From Chthoniobacterales bacterium (GTDB taxonomy: Bacteria > Verrucomicrobiota > Verrucomicrobiia > Chthoniobacterales > DASVRZ01), in the NCBI GenBank assembly GCA_038230215.1, contig JBBRNR010000009.1, positions 30,386 to 94,385 on the forward strand: a stretch of 64,000 bases of DNA, read 5' to 3'. The notes beneath the pieces are model-generated. The model did no database searches. It saw nothing but the letters and a program-made list of their open reading frames with translations, and was not told the origin of the DNA. Position numbers and translations under genes: made by a program. Below are positions 34,588-44,241 of this stretch, one piece after another (positions within the stretch are counted from its first letter, which is position 1; each line of letters begins with the position of its first letter).

Positions 34588-35697
34588 ATGATTCCGACCG
34601 AACATAACGACCCGATCAACGCGCAGATTCTGGCCGTCTCTGAGGATAAAATCTCCGGATTCGTCCGCGAGCCATTTGACGAAATCTCGAAACAATGCGG
34701 GCTTCCGCTCGGCATCGTGCTGGAGCGAATACGCGCGATGCTAGAAGCAAAAACGGTGCGGCGAGTTCGGCAAACTTTAATCGCGACAAATCTGGCCGAG
34801 GGTGCCTTGGTCGCTTGGAAAATCGATGTCAGTAAATTGGACGCAGCCTTTGATTTCATGTCGAAGGTCGATCCATTTTCAGGGCATGTGGTCATTCGCT
34901 CCACCGATTCCATTACAGCTGGATCGGAATATAAACTCTGGACCACGGTAAAAGTCCCCGCTGGATTCAGTCTGGCTGCACACTGCCAAATGCTCTGTGA
35001 ATTAACCGGCGCCGAAACATACCGCCTGATGCCCGCCAAGGGAATTTTTGCCCTCGGCGTGGGTCATGTCCGCCGCAAAACCATCGAACCTGGAGACAAG
35101 ACTGAAACTCCCGCGTCGATGATTAAAACCGGAGTCGTCCAACTGACAGATCACGAATGGAGAATCCTCCTCACTCTGAAGCGCGAATTCGCACCGGAGG
35201 AAATCACTTCCAACCCCTGGCTTGCACGCGCAGAGGAGGCCGGGGTTTCCTTGGAAGATTTTTGTGAGACTGCGGAAGCCTTAAACCAAAGAAAAGTCAT
35301 CGGTCGTTTCTCGACTTTTTTGGAGCACGTTAAGCCGTCTCAAACTGGAGTGCGCGTGACCCGTTTCAATGGCCTTTTCCATTGGGCGATACCGGCTGGA
35401 AGGGAAATCGAAGCCGGCTCAGAAATCGGCCGTCATGATATTTTGACTCATTGTTACTGGCGCGAGGGCGGGCCGGAGTTTCGCAATGTCAACATCATGG
35501 CTGTGGCACATGGCACTGAAAAGCCACGCCTATTGGAGCATAAGGCGGCTATTGACGCGCATCTCGTGGGAATCGGGATTCCGGTCAGTTACACCAACGT
35601 CTTCTGGGGTGGGCGGAGTGAGATAAAACCCTCAGAAATATCTCCAATTATTTATCGCGAATGGACCTCAGCGATGCAGCCATCCTCGACACTTTAA
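34588..35697 (+). CDS. Fused AhbA-AhbB / NirDL-like protein (Lrp/AsnC-like fold; putative siroheme decarboxylase)
   Basis: Two tandem HTH+RAM-like halves; GHVVIR and THCYWR motifs, NIMAVAHG. Confidence 0.65.
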   Translation: MIPTEHNDPINAQILAVSEDKISGFVREPFDEISKQCGLPLGIVLERIRAMLEAKTVRRVRQTLIATNLAEGALVAWKIDVSKLDAAFDFMSKVDPFSGHVVIRSTDSITAGSEYKLWTTVKVPAGFSLAAHCQMLCELTGAETYRLMPAKGIFALGVGHVRRKTIEPGDKTETPASMIKTGVVQLTDHEWRILLTLKREFAPEEITSNPWLARAEEAGVSLEDFCETAEALNQRKVIGRFSTFLEHVKPSQTGVRVTRFNGLFHWAIPAGREIEAGSEIGRHDILTHCYWREGGPEFRNVNIMAVAHGTEKPRLLEHKAAIDAHLVGIGIPVSYTNVFWGGRSEIKPSEISPIIYREWTSAMQPSSTL

Positions 35698-35714
35698 GCA
35701 AGCCCAGCTATTCC

Positions 35715-36554
35715 CTATTCCTTAACCGAATAGTCGGCGGTACCATCGGCGATAGTATTGCGCACGATCACATCCGCCCGTTTCCGACGATTTTGAACAA
35801 ACGTGTTGTTGTCGCCATAGAGTGACCACGGCCCTTGCGGCACTTCCTCAAAATCAACAAATTTCCAATCCGTCACGTCGGTGCCGCCCATTCCGAGATA
35901 ATCACGAACCGCCGGAGAAACATCCAGCCCGGCGCCTTGGTTCAAATTGCGCCTTGGCCGCTCATTGCCAAAAACATATTCCCAATGGTCAGTGCGAAAG
36001 GGGCCGCAATCCTCCCATTGTGCGTAGCAAACTCGACTGCCCTTGCGAATGGCAAGCCAGCGGTCTTTGCAGACCGTTTTCCCCGAGCGCTCAAAGGCGG
36101 AGCGAAACCAAGGAATAACCCTTGAGGCCTCGGGCTTCGTGCCCCCACGCATGACGTCATTGTAAGGCAGTGCAATGTAAAAAGGGTTCTGCCGGGGCAC
36201 GAAATTCACTGGAATAAAACTCCTGCGGTAGGCTGGATTCGGATTGTCGTAGCCGCCGTAATTCCGCCCCCATTCCTTGTCCCAGCTACTTGCATGATTC
36301 GGCACTGGATTGTTGCCACCCGGGCTTTCTCCGATCCAAAAAGTCGTCGTAACAATATCCGACTTCCAAGCGTATTTTCCAAGATTGGTGGCCTTATAAA
36401 CCACTGGCTGCAGCGCATCCACCTTGCTTAAAACCTTTTCCCGAAGCCTCGAAGTGAAGTCCAGACTCCCACTTTCCCGTTGAGCGAGCCCTGACAACGG
36501 AAGCGCCATGAGAACGCTAGCCGAGGTCAGTAAATGTAGAATTTGCCGCTTCAT
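35715..36554 (-). CDS. Exported hypothetical protein with DPBB/RlpA-like motifs
   Basis: Signal peptide; YIALP, QWEDCGPF and AGLDVSPAV. Confidence 0.6.
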   Translation of the reverse strand: MKRQILHLLTSASVLMALPLSGLAQRESGSLDFTSRLREKVLSKVDALQPVVYKATNLGKYAWKSDIVTTTFWIGESPGGNNPVPNHASSWDKEWGRNYGGYDNPNPAYRRSFIPVNFVPRQNPFYIALPYNDVMRGGTKPEASRVIPWFRSAFERSGKTVCKDRWLAIRKGSRVCYAQWEDCGPFRTDHWEYVFGNERPRRNLNQGAGLDVSPAVRDYLGMGGTDVTDWKFVDFEEVPQGPWSLYGDNNTFVQNRRKRADVIVRNTIADGTADYSVKE

Positions 36555-36647
36555 ATCGGAGGAAAAGGGTAAACTCAGGTGAGGAATGTGTCAACGTTGA
36601 GCCGTCCAGCCTTGTTTTTGAAGCCGGGTTTCATCTAAATCAGCCGC

Positions 36648-37310
36648 ATGATCTTTATTACCGGCACTGACACAGGAGTGGGAAAAACGCATTTTTCCTG
36701 CCTGTTGATTCGCCAACTCCGGTCAGAGGGTGTGTCCACCGTGGGCTTCAAGCCGATCTGCTGCGGGGACCGCGATGATGCGATTTTACTCGCCAAAGCT
36801 TCCGACGACGCCCTCACGATCAATGATTGCAACCCTGTTTGGATGCGTTTCCCTGCGGCTCCCTACACCTCCAGCATCATTGAAGAACGACAGATCGATC
36901 TGGGTCAGATTCGAATGGAATGGGCCTCCTTGCGCGGTCGCTTTCCAGCGATGGTGGTCGAAGGTGTAGGTGGCTGGCAGGTTCCGATTCAGCGCAACTA
37001 CAGCACGGCAGATCTAGCGCGGGAACTCGGCCTCCCGGTTCTCATCGTGGCTGCGAACCGGCTCGGCGTACTGAATCATACGCTGCTCACCCTCCAAGCC
37101 GTGCAAGCCACTGGCCTTGCGTGCGCCGGGATTGTCCTAAATAATGGCATCAACCGTGTTGATCCCAATGATGCTGCCAGCGTGACCAACCGGAGTATTT
37201 TAGAGGATTTGTTGCATGGCACCACGGCCCGTGTGCTTGGGGAAATCGAGGCTGATCAAACCGTCCTGCCGAAGGATCTATTCGATAAAATCCGACCTTT
37301 ATTTCCCTAG
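36648..37310 (+). CDS. bioD: Dethiobiotin synthase
   Basis: FITGTDTGVGKT, FKPI, VEGVGG and LGVLNHTLLT. Confidence 0.95.
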   Translation: MIFITGTDTGVGKTHFSCLLIRQLRSEGVSTVGFKPICCGDRDDAILLAKASDDALTINDCNPVWMRFPAAPYTSSIIEERQIDLGQIRMEWASLRGRFPAMVVEGVGGWQVPIQRNYSTADLARELGLPVLIVAANRLGVLNHTLLTLQAVQATGLACAGIVLNNGINRVDPNDAASVTNRSILEDLLHGTTARVLGEIEADQTVLPKDLFDKIRPLFP

Positions 37311-37371
37311 AAAAACTTCTTGCTGGAATCTGTGGCATGGGCCACTTATACAGCCCGCCAGTTGGGAAAAT

Positions 37372-37446
<75 letters not shown>

Positions 37447-37498
37447 ATCTTATTGACTTGCATAACTCACTGCACAGCTAGGCCGAAGGACGCGTGTT

Positions 37499-38734
37499 TT
37501 ATGGACGAGGTTTCCAGAAAAGCACGGCGGGCTTTTCCTCGCGACTAACTTCAGTGAATCCCTTCGAGCGGAGATATTCCTCGATGCCAGCGAGATGCAT
37601 TGCACCCCAGGGGACGACAATTCGGTTGTGCGTCTCCATTCCTTTTTCGATCTGCTGGATGAGGTGGGTGTTGCGATTGGTGAGGATGTCTTCCATCGCG
37701 CCATGAACGACGCGGTCATCTTGCAACACGCCTTTTTTCTCTTCCATGACTTTGAGGAAACTTTCCATTTTCCCAGTCTGGGTCGATTGGTAGAGCAGCG
37801 CCACGGCCTTCAAATAGCTGATCGTTTGCTGTCTAAACGTGTTCACATCCACATCGGCGCGACGCACATCGACCTCCTTGTCGATCTCCACCGAACCGTC
37901 CGCTGCTACTTCCCCGGCGTCCTCCTTGGCGGTCATCTTGTCGATCGTCGTGCGATACTCCCCTCGCTCCATCTGCGAGTTAAGTCCGAAATATTTCGCG
38001 AGCTTGTCCATTCCCAAGCCTCCGGCGAGCAGGTGGTTCTCATCCGATACGCCCTCTAAAAGCACGAGCGTTTTCACGCCGTCGATACCCCATTTGATCT
38101 TCTGGTAAAAATCCGCGTCGGCCACATGCATCATGCCATCGAGCGCCACCGTGTGGCTGTTTTTCGCGAAGCTGGTCTGGGTGACATACAACCCACTCGG
38201 ACGCAGCCGCACATAGCCGGCAGTCGCCTTGTCGATGCTTTCCACGGCGCTCCCGAGCAACGTCGCCAGCGCCAGCACGGGCAGAAATACGACATTCACC
38301 GCCGCAAAACGTAGAAAGCGCCGCCAGGTAAAGCCCTCCCGTCCCATCGCCGGATCGAGAAACCCGGGGCCGCTCGCTACCGCCTGCGAGCGCCAGGCGA
38401 CTCCGACCAGGATAAAAGCCATCAGCATTTGCGCCCCCGCCAGCCAGAGACCGGCGGACTTCAAATAGAAGAGCGGCAATGGAAAACAGCCCGTCAGATT
38501 CGCCCATAAAAGAAACAACGCCGGCCAGCCGACCAGCCGGAAGGACAACCGACGCGTGAATGCCAGGCACACATAAAGCACTGTCCCCTGCATTAGTGCC
38601 GAAAAGGCGATCAGCATCCGGATGTCCGCAAACGAGCCGCTCTGAATGTGATACAACTCGGCCCAAAACGACAACACCGCGTCGATGCAAAACCCGTAGA
38701 GAAAAAGCTGCGTCAGGAAAGGAAACATGGCCAC
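37499..38734 (-). CDS. Membrane protein with C-terminal TraB/GumN-like domain
   Basis: About five TM helices, then GMMHVA...FY, LLEGV, RN and PWGAMHLAGI motifs. Confidence 0.6.
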   Translation of the reverse strand: MAMFPFLTQLFLYGFCIDAVLSFWAELYHIQSGSFADIRMLIAFSALMQGTVLYVCLAFTRRLSFRLVGWPALFLLWANLTGCFPLPLFYLKSAGLWLAGAQMLMAFILVGVAWRSQAVASGPGFLDPAMGREGFTWRRFLRFAAVNVVFLPVLALATLLGSAVESIDKATAGYVRLRPSGLYVTQTSFAKNSHTVALDGMMHVADADFYQKIKWGIDGVKTLVLLEGVSDENHLLAGGLGMDKLAKYFGLNSQMERGEYRTTIDKMTAKEDAGEVAADGSVEIDKEVDVRRADVDVNTFRQQTISYLKAVALLYQSTQTGKMESFLKVMEEKKGVLQDDRVVHGAMEDILTNRNTHLIQQIEKGMETHNRIVVPWGAMHLAGIEEYLRSKGFTEVSREEKPAVLFWKPRP

Positions 38735-38808
38735 TATCTTAACGCATTCGGGACGTGCGCAAAGGAATTGCGCATCGCCAAACTGGCAAACATTTCTAGA
38801 ATGGTTCG

Positions 38809-39273
38809 GTGATCCAGAAATCCGCCGTCATCGCAGCCATCCTCCAGACATTACGGGCGGAGTTTGAGACTTATGTGGCGACTTCGAAGCAGGCCCGCTC
38901 GACCGGTAATGACACGCAGACCAAGGCTGAGGGGAAATACGACACACGCTCGATCGAGGAAAATTATCTGGCCGACGGCATGGCGAAACACGCACTCGCG
39001 GCGCGCCAGTCATTCGACGCCATTGCCGCGATTCCGGTCGTCGATTTCACCTCGACGACGCCGATCAGCCTGGGCGCTCTGATAGAACTCGCCTTCCCCA
39101 CGGAGACGCTGTGGTTCTTTCTCGCGCCCGCCGCCGGTGGATTGGAATTGGACGTGAACGGGCGGACGATCACGGTACTGTCGCCGGATTCACCGCTCGG
39201 ATTGCAACTAAAGGATCGCCGCCAAGGCGACAGCACTTTGCAGCCGAAGACGAAAATCCTGCGCGTGCTTTAG
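38809..39273 (+). CDS. GreA/GreB C-terminal-like protein
   Basis: KAEGKYDTRSIE..YLA and ITVLSPDSPLG. Confidence 0.75.
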   Translation: MIQKSAVIAAILQTLRAEFETYVATSKQARSTGNDTQTKAEGKYDTRSIEENYLADGMAKHALAARQSFDAIAAIPVVDFTSTTPISLGALIELAFPTETLWFFLAPAAGGLELDVNGRTITVLSPDSPLGLQLKDRRQGDSTLQPKTKILRVL

Positions 39274-40566
39274 TTAGTTTTTTAACTCGGCTTCCATCGC
39301 GTCGAGATAGCGACCGATGGGTTCCCGACTCGGGGGACGCGCTGCCTGGAGCGATTGCATGAGCCGGAAATAACCATCGAACTCGCCTGGCCCCTGCTTT
39401 GCGGCCTGCGTCGCCTCGAACCAAGTGAGGTAATCGCCCACGTCTTGCAGCCGCTGGTTGAGTTGTGCGCGAAGCTGCTGCAACTCATCCAGTTTGCCCT
39501 CGAGATTTTTCAATTTCCCGCGCTGCATTCGGTCCAGAATGTCCAGGTAGCCGTTCAAGACCGGACGAAAAAGCGGGTGCGCGTGAATGCTAAGCCGAGT
39601 CAGATCGTTCCCCATCATGGTCAGCGCCTGACGGCTTTCCGGGATTTTGATGAAGTCCTGAAACTGATCGAGCGTAAATTTTTTAGTCTCTCCAGCCTGT
39701 GTAAGACTGATGACCAATAACTTCTCGAGCGCGTCGTTGGTGGCTGGTCCCGACCAGGCCATATAACGGTCGGACGAGGAAAGTTTCGCCAGGCTGATTG
39801 ACCACCACTTGGCGAGATTTTTTCCATCAGCGCCCATGCCGGGAAACGCCTTCGTCAGCCAATCGATGGCTCCGTTGGTTTCAGCCGGCGCCTTCTGGAG
39901 AAAGTTGGTCAGCTTTTTGTTTCCACCGGGTTCACTCAGAAAATAATTCACCAGCGAGCAGGCGTAGGCGCGGTAGATGCCGAGCGAGGTCGCGTCCAGT
40001 TTCGACGGATCGACTTTCATCCAACTGGCAAGATCGGGAACTTTCCGCGCGTTGAGCAGACCGCGATAAAGCGACGCGTCGGGCTCTCGTGTTTGCAGAC
40101 GAATTTTTTCGGCCAGCCCCTCGACCATCCATGCAGGGGCCTCGGTATAAACCTGCCCACCAGGTGGCGGGTTGTCGCGATATTTAATGGTTAGGAGCAG
40201 CGCGCTGACGATGTGTTCCTGCAGCCGCTGCTCATGCATGTCCTCATCGACGAGGATGTCGAGTTGCACACGGGCGCCAGCGGGCGCATCGAGCCAGCGC
40301 ATGTTCCAGGTGCTGGAGTTGTACTCGACGATTTTGCGCGGCGCGATGTTCACATAGATCGGCGTGGTGGCGCCAAGCTGGATGCCCAACTCTGAGAAAA
40401 GTCCGCGTCTGACATCATCGAACGCGCTGGTCAGATTCTGGCGCAGATCCCGGTCGGCACAGATGACGGTGAATTGCTGCGAGCCACTGGTACTGCGGTT
40501 GCCCACGGCCAGGAGCGGCGATGTTAGCAGGGCCGCCAGACCAATGGTTAGGAGACTTTGCCGCAT
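39274..40566 (-). CDS. Exported hypothetical protein (gluzincin-like WxxEGLAE segment)
   Basis: Signal peptide; PAWMVEGLAE but no intact HExxH. Confidence 0.65.
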   Translation of the reverse strand: MRQSLLTIGLAALLTSPLLAVGNRSTSGSQQFTVICADRDLRQNLTSAFDDVRRGLFSELGIQLGATTPIYVNIAPRKIVEYNSSTWNMRWLDAPAGARVQLDILVDEDMHEQRLQEHIVSALLLTIKYRDNPPPGGQVYTEAPAWMVEGLAEKIRLQTREPDASLYRGLLNARKVPDLASWMKVDPSKLDATSLGIYRAYACSLVNYFLSEPGGNKKLTNFLQKAPAETNGAIDWLTKAFPGMGADGKNLAKWWSISLAKLSSSDRYMAWSGPATNDALEKLLVISLTQAGETKKFTLDQFQDFIKIPESRQALTMMGNDLTRLSIHAHPLFRPVLNGYLDILDRMQRGKLKNLEGKLDELQQLRAQLNQRLQDVGDYLTWFEATQAAKQGPGEFDGYFRLMQSLQAARPPSREPIGRYLDAMEAELKN

Positions 40567-40605
40567 GGCATTGCAAGGAGGGGGAAAACAGGACGGGCGA
40601 AAGTC

Positions 40606-41355
40606 CTAACGCCGCGCGACGACCGGAGTCATAACCACCATTTTAGGAGTTACTTCGATGGACTTCATTTTGCCCCCGGCGCTGGCTTCTTGTTTCATAG
40701 CTTTAATGAAATCGGCGAAGATAAATTGGTCGATTTGGTCGTAGAGCAAGCCGGGTAGAGACAGGCTGCCGACGTGGCCTGCGAGCGGATGGAGATCGAG
40801 TCCGGCAGTGTTCACAGCGGGAATGTAGGTGCCACCAATATAGACCGGGAGGGTGAAGAGAAGGTATTTTTTCGTGATCCGAAACGCCTTGGATTGCAGA
40901 TGCACGAACGAGGTGTCGTAAGCCAGCACCGAGGTGGGAATGGTGGGATTTTTCGGAGCCTTGATGCGATTTTTTAGATATGCATTGAGCTGGGCCTCGC
41001 TGTAGCCGAGGCGGCGCGGAGTCTCGATGGCCTCCTGCATTTCCACGGAGAGCGACGGGGCGTCGATGATCTCGGCACCCATTTCCTTATGGTCGGCCGG
41101 AGCATCAAATGGCGGGCGAACGGCTTGAATGAGGCACGCGACGAGAAAAGCGAAGAGGACCGTCTTTAGGAAAGTTTTAATAACCCTCCCCGTGGCCGCG
41201 TTGGCCTCGGTGGAACGCCTGGGCTTGACGACTTTCTGCGGCTTTTTCGCTTCCTCTACCAGAGTCGAGCGATCCAGACGCGTGCCGCAGCTGTGGCAAT
41301 AAACGCGTTGGGTTTCATTTTCGTGCCCGCATTCCAGACATTTGAGAGTGCTCAT
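40606..41355 (-). CDS. Zinc-ribbon domain membrane protein
   Basis: CLECGHEN....YCHSCG followed by a TM helix. Confidence 0.75.
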   Translation of the reverse strand: MSTLKCLECGHENETQRVYCHSCGTRLDRSTLVEEAKKPQKVVKPRRSTEANAATGRVIKTFLKTVLFAFLVACLIQAVRPPFDAPADHKEMGAEIIDAPSLSVEMQEAIETPRRLGYSEAQLNAYLKNRIKAPKNPTIPTSVLAYDTSFVHLQSKAFRITKKYLLFTLPVYIGGTYIPAVNTAGLDLHPLAGHVGSLSLPGLLYDQIDQFIFADFIKAMKQEASAGGKMKSIEVTPKMVVMTPVVARR

Positions 41356-41358
41356 GGG

Positions 41359-41694
41359 TTAATCGGCCGCTGGTTTAGGGGTGGAGGGCTTGGGGGTTTC
41401 CGCTTTCGGAGCGGCGGGTTTGCTTTCACTGGTGGCTGGGGCCGGCGCGGCAGGACTTCCTTCGCTCTTGGCACCTTTCTTGTAATTGTCGCTGCGATAA
41501 TCGGTGATGTAGAAGCCCGATCCCTTGAAAATAAGGCCCGCACCCGTGCCGATCTGGCGTTTCACAGCTCCCTCGCCCCACTCTTCCAACTGGCATTTTT
41601 CCTTGGGGCAAGTCTTGAAGGCGTCGTCCTTCATGGATTGATAAGCGTCGAAATTTTTACCGCATTTCTCGCAGTGATACTCGTAGGTGGGCAT
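41359..41694 (-). CDS. FmdB family zinc-ribbon protein
   Basis: MPTYEYHCEKCG...CP...FKGSGFYITDY. Confidence 0.9.
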   Translation of the reverse strand: MPTYEYHCEKCGKNFDAYQSMKDDAFKTCPKEKCQLEEWGEGAVKRQIGTGAGLIFKGSGFYITDYRSDNYKKGAKSEGSPAAPAPATSESKPAAPKAETPKPSTPKPAAD

Positions 41695-41763
41695 GTTGTG
41701 GATGTTAATTACCAGCAGTGCGCTTGGAATGCAATCTTCGTGCCGCAAAGTCCACGACTTGCA

Positions 41764-42036
41764 CAATCCGTCGCTCAAAGAAACCGCCCGGTCGGCGTCA
41801 GAAAGCGCCCAGTCGGCTGTATTTACCGCCCGGTCGAGCTTGGAAACGCCTCGGTCGGCCTCATCAACAGCCCGGTCGGCCTCATCAACAGCCCGGTCGC
41901 CCCCAGAAACACGCCGGTCGGCTTCATGAATCCCTCGGTCGAACTTGGAAACACCCCGGTCGGTCTTCCAAACAGCGCGGTCGATGCCTTAAACCCTCCG
42001 GTCGATGTCATAAATAGAGCGGTAAGCGTCATATTG
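41764..42036. repeat. 13 x 21-bp degenerate tandem array (CGGTCG core, AAC/AAT end)
   Basis: Units such as cgcccggtcggcgtcagaaag, agcccggtcggcctcatcaac and accccggtcggtcttccaaac; no indels. Confidence 0.9.
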
Positions 42037-42133
42037 GCACACTTTGAGCCTTTTTTCGAAAAAGAGGCTGGTTTTCAGTCTTTGGAGGCTAATTTTTCTG
42101 GGCAACAACCCACTCCGCTGACAGCTTTCTCCC

Positions 42134-42850
42134 ATGAAAAACGAATTTAACAACCGCCTGGGCATGGCCAAAACCGTGCTCACCACCCTCGACAAACCTG
42201 CCAACTTCGCCATCTGGCAGGGAAAACCGCCCCTCGCCTTCACCAAAAAAGTCGCCCTCCTGCGCACCAAAGTCGCCCAGAACGAGACCCTCCTGAGCGA
42301 ACAAGAGGCCATCATCACCGGTTTTGCCGAGCAAAAAGACAGCAGCGAGATCGAACTCGAAGACCTCGCCCACGAGATCGGCGCCGCCCTTTCCGACTAC
42401 TACGACGACAACGACCACCAGGACCTCTCCGCCCAGGTCGATTTCTCCATCTCCGCCTGGCGCACCCTTCGCGAGGAATCCCTCGTCGCCCGCGCCCGCA
42501 TCGTCGAGAAAAACCTCGGCACCACCCTCACCGCCGACGCCGCCGGATTGGTGGATTACGACCTCGACGCCGCCGACCTCACCGCCCTCAGCGCAGCCAT
42601 CGCGAGTTACAACGATATCATCCACAGCCCGCAAGCCGCCATCGCCAACCGCAAATCCCTCACCAAAGCCGCGCGCCCCACCTTCCGCGACATGAGCAAC
42701 ATCCTCGGCAGCCTCGACAAACTCATCCTCCGCTTCCGCAAAACCGACGCCGGCCGTCAATTCGTCGATGCCTACCTCGCCTCCCGCATCGTGCGAGACC
42801 TCGGCACCAGCCCCGCCAAAGACGACCCGACAACACCGCCAACTCCATAG
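42134..42850 (+). CDS. 238-aa predicted all-alpha hypothetical protein
   Basis: Strong C-ending codon bias; amphipathic helices; C-terminal F..AY..SRIVRDLG pattern recalls an uncharacterised family. Confidence 0.85.
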   Translation: MKNEFNNRLGMAKTVLTTLDKPANFAIWQGKPPLAFTKKVALLRTKVAQNETLLSEQEAIITGFAEQKDSSEIELEDLAHEIGAALSDYYDDNDHQDLSAQVDFSISAWRTLREESLVARARIVEKNLGTTLTADAAGLVDYDLDAADLTALSAAIASYNDIIHSPQAAIANRKSLTKAARPTFRDMSNILGSLDKLILRFRKTDAGRQFVDAYLASRIVRDLGTSPAKDDPTTPPTP

Positions 42851-42860
42851 GAGTTTCAGT

Positions 42861-42932
42861 GTTATGGAGAAAACGAAGCCGCCACCCTGTAGCTCTTTGC
42901 CAAACGAAACTTTCGCCTACAACATGTTAGGC
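42861..42932 (+). other. attI-like integron recombination site
   Basis: TCGCCTACAACAT-GTTAGGC resembles the attI1 core (TCGCCCTAAAACAAA-GTTRRRY); upstream GTTATGG; directly precedes the first cassette. Confidence 0.5.
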
Positions 42933-42964
42933 GGCTCGACGAATCTCTATTCCAAAGAACCGGA

Positions 42965-43216
42965 ATGAAAGCAGCCACAATTGGAACACTCGTAGTTCGC
43001 GGTAACGCTTTGGCCATGCTTATCGTGGCCACGAGAAGTTTGTTTATTTTTGTCTATGTGCTCTATGACCCAGTTGTTGCACCACGGGCGTCAGCTCCAG
43101 GCGCCATGCGTTACACTCTCACATTAGCTTTCTTAGAGCTTGGCATTTCTCTTCTACTTTTTATTTTCAGCAGACGTATCGGCCTGTTGTTTTCACGCGG
43201 TCTCGCCGAGTCTTAG
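42965..43216 (+). CDS. Gene cassette 1: small two-TM membrane protein
   Basis: AT-richer ORF between the attI-like site and attC1. Confidence 0.7.
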   Translation: MKAATIGTLVVRGNALAMLIVATRSLFIFVYVLYDPVVAPRASAPGAMRYTLTLAFLELGISLLLFIFSRRIGLLFSRGLAES

Positions 43217-43250
43217 CACCCATGCCACATCTCACCTTCAACACACCGCC

Positions 43251-43352
43251 GCCTAACCATACTCTCAGCGAATCCTCCGGGCTCGTCACGAGCTGTGCTG
43301 TCGCACATCTCGCGCCGTTCCCTACGCGTCGCTGATCTTGAGGTCGTTAGGC
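43251..43352 (+). other. attC site 1
   Basis: GCCTAAC (R'') ... TCAGCGA / TCGCTGA arms ... GTTAGGC (R'). Confidence 0.85.
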
Positions 43353-43372
43353 GCTCTTTGACTATCGCCATT

Positions 43373-43753
43373 ATGAAAAAAACATTACAGATTGCATTGC
43401 TATTTGCTGGCTTGTTCCTTGGCTGCGGACAAATGGAAAGTCAAAACGCGAATAACGATCTGGTAGGAACGTGGACCGAAGGTAACAAAACCTTTACACT
43501 AAATCCAGATGGGACCGGAAGCTCGCATGCGACGATTAAAATTGGGGCGTTTGATACCCCAGTCTCGATTGAAGGATCGTGGATGATTGCAGACGGTTAT
43601 TTATATACTACGGTCAAGTCATCCACACTTCCGAAGCAGATTCCAGTCGGTTTTAAAGACAGAGACAAAATTGTAAGCATCGACCAGGAAACATTTCATT
43701 CGATAGACAACCAAGGCAAAAAGCACACCTATCACAGAAGAGGTTTACGATAA
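43373..43753 (+). CDS. Gene cassette 2: lipoprotein with lipocalin-like beta barrel
   Basis: MKK...FLGC lipobox, LVGTW and DGTG...GSW motifs; AT-rich. Confidence 0.75.
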   Translation: MKKTLQIALLFAGLFLGCGQMESQNANNDLVGTWTEGNKTFTLNPDGTGSSHATIKIGAFDTPVSIEGSWMIADGYLYTTVKSSTLPKQIPVGFKDRDKIVSIDQETFHSIDNQGKKHTYHRRGLR

Positions 43754-43772
43754 ATTCTACCCCCGACCAAGT

Positions 43773-43876
43773 GCCTAACGAGAACAAGATCAGCGACGCG
43801 TAGGGACGGTGCGGCTCCTGCCCAAGCAGGAGACATGACGAGCCCGGAGTGTTCGCTGATCTTGTTCTCGTTAGGC
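43773..43876. other. attC site 2 (symmetric ends, inverted interior)
   Basis: GCCTAACGAGAACAAGATCAGCGA is perfectly complementary to TCGCTGATCTTGTTCTCGTTAGGC. Confidence 0.85.
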
Positions 43877-43902
43877 GCTGAACCACACGCTTCTATATTG
43901 CT

Positions 43903-44241
43903 ATGAATTCATTGCCTATTCTTCGTTATTGGCCTTTCGTCATCGCCTTTTTCTCCTGTATCTTAGCTGGTTTGGTATTTATTCAATGGCGTCATAAAAG
44001 AGCTTCCCCAAAGAAGGTATCTTCACCAATGCAACCAACCCTATTCAGTTGTTATCTTTTTTGCCTTCTTATGCCCGCTATTTTGGGCATTCAGGTAGAT
44101 TATTACTATCGAATTGTCCAAATCTATTTGGGATTCTGGCTATGGGATGAGTTTCGTAAGCTATACCGTTTGTGGCAGGCCTCGACGCAAAACAATCCCA
44201 ATACACAGGACACTAACTTACTTCCACTCAACCGCACCTAA
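43903..44241 (+). CDS. Gene cassette 3: small membrane protein
   Basis: AT-rich ORF whose stop TAA lies within the ACCTAAC R'' box, as is typical of cassettes. Confidence 0.7.
   Translation: MNSLPILRYWPFVIAFFSCILAGLVFIQWRHKRASPKKVSSPMQPTLFSCYLFCLLMPAILGIQVDYYYRIVQIYLGFWLWDEFRKLYRLWQASTQNNPNTQDTNLLPLNRT

Noticed and set aside
41764-42036. CRISPR or other known guide-RNA array call for the 21-bp arrays
   Set aside because: The conserved part is only about 6 bp per 21-bp unit and no recognisable nuclease or RNA-binding effector is adjacent. Reported as unexplained arrays instead.
42134-42850. The 238-aa protein as the integron integrase
   Set aside because: No R-H-R-Y tyrosine-recombinase motif pattern is recognisable, and it is shorter than typical IntI proteins.
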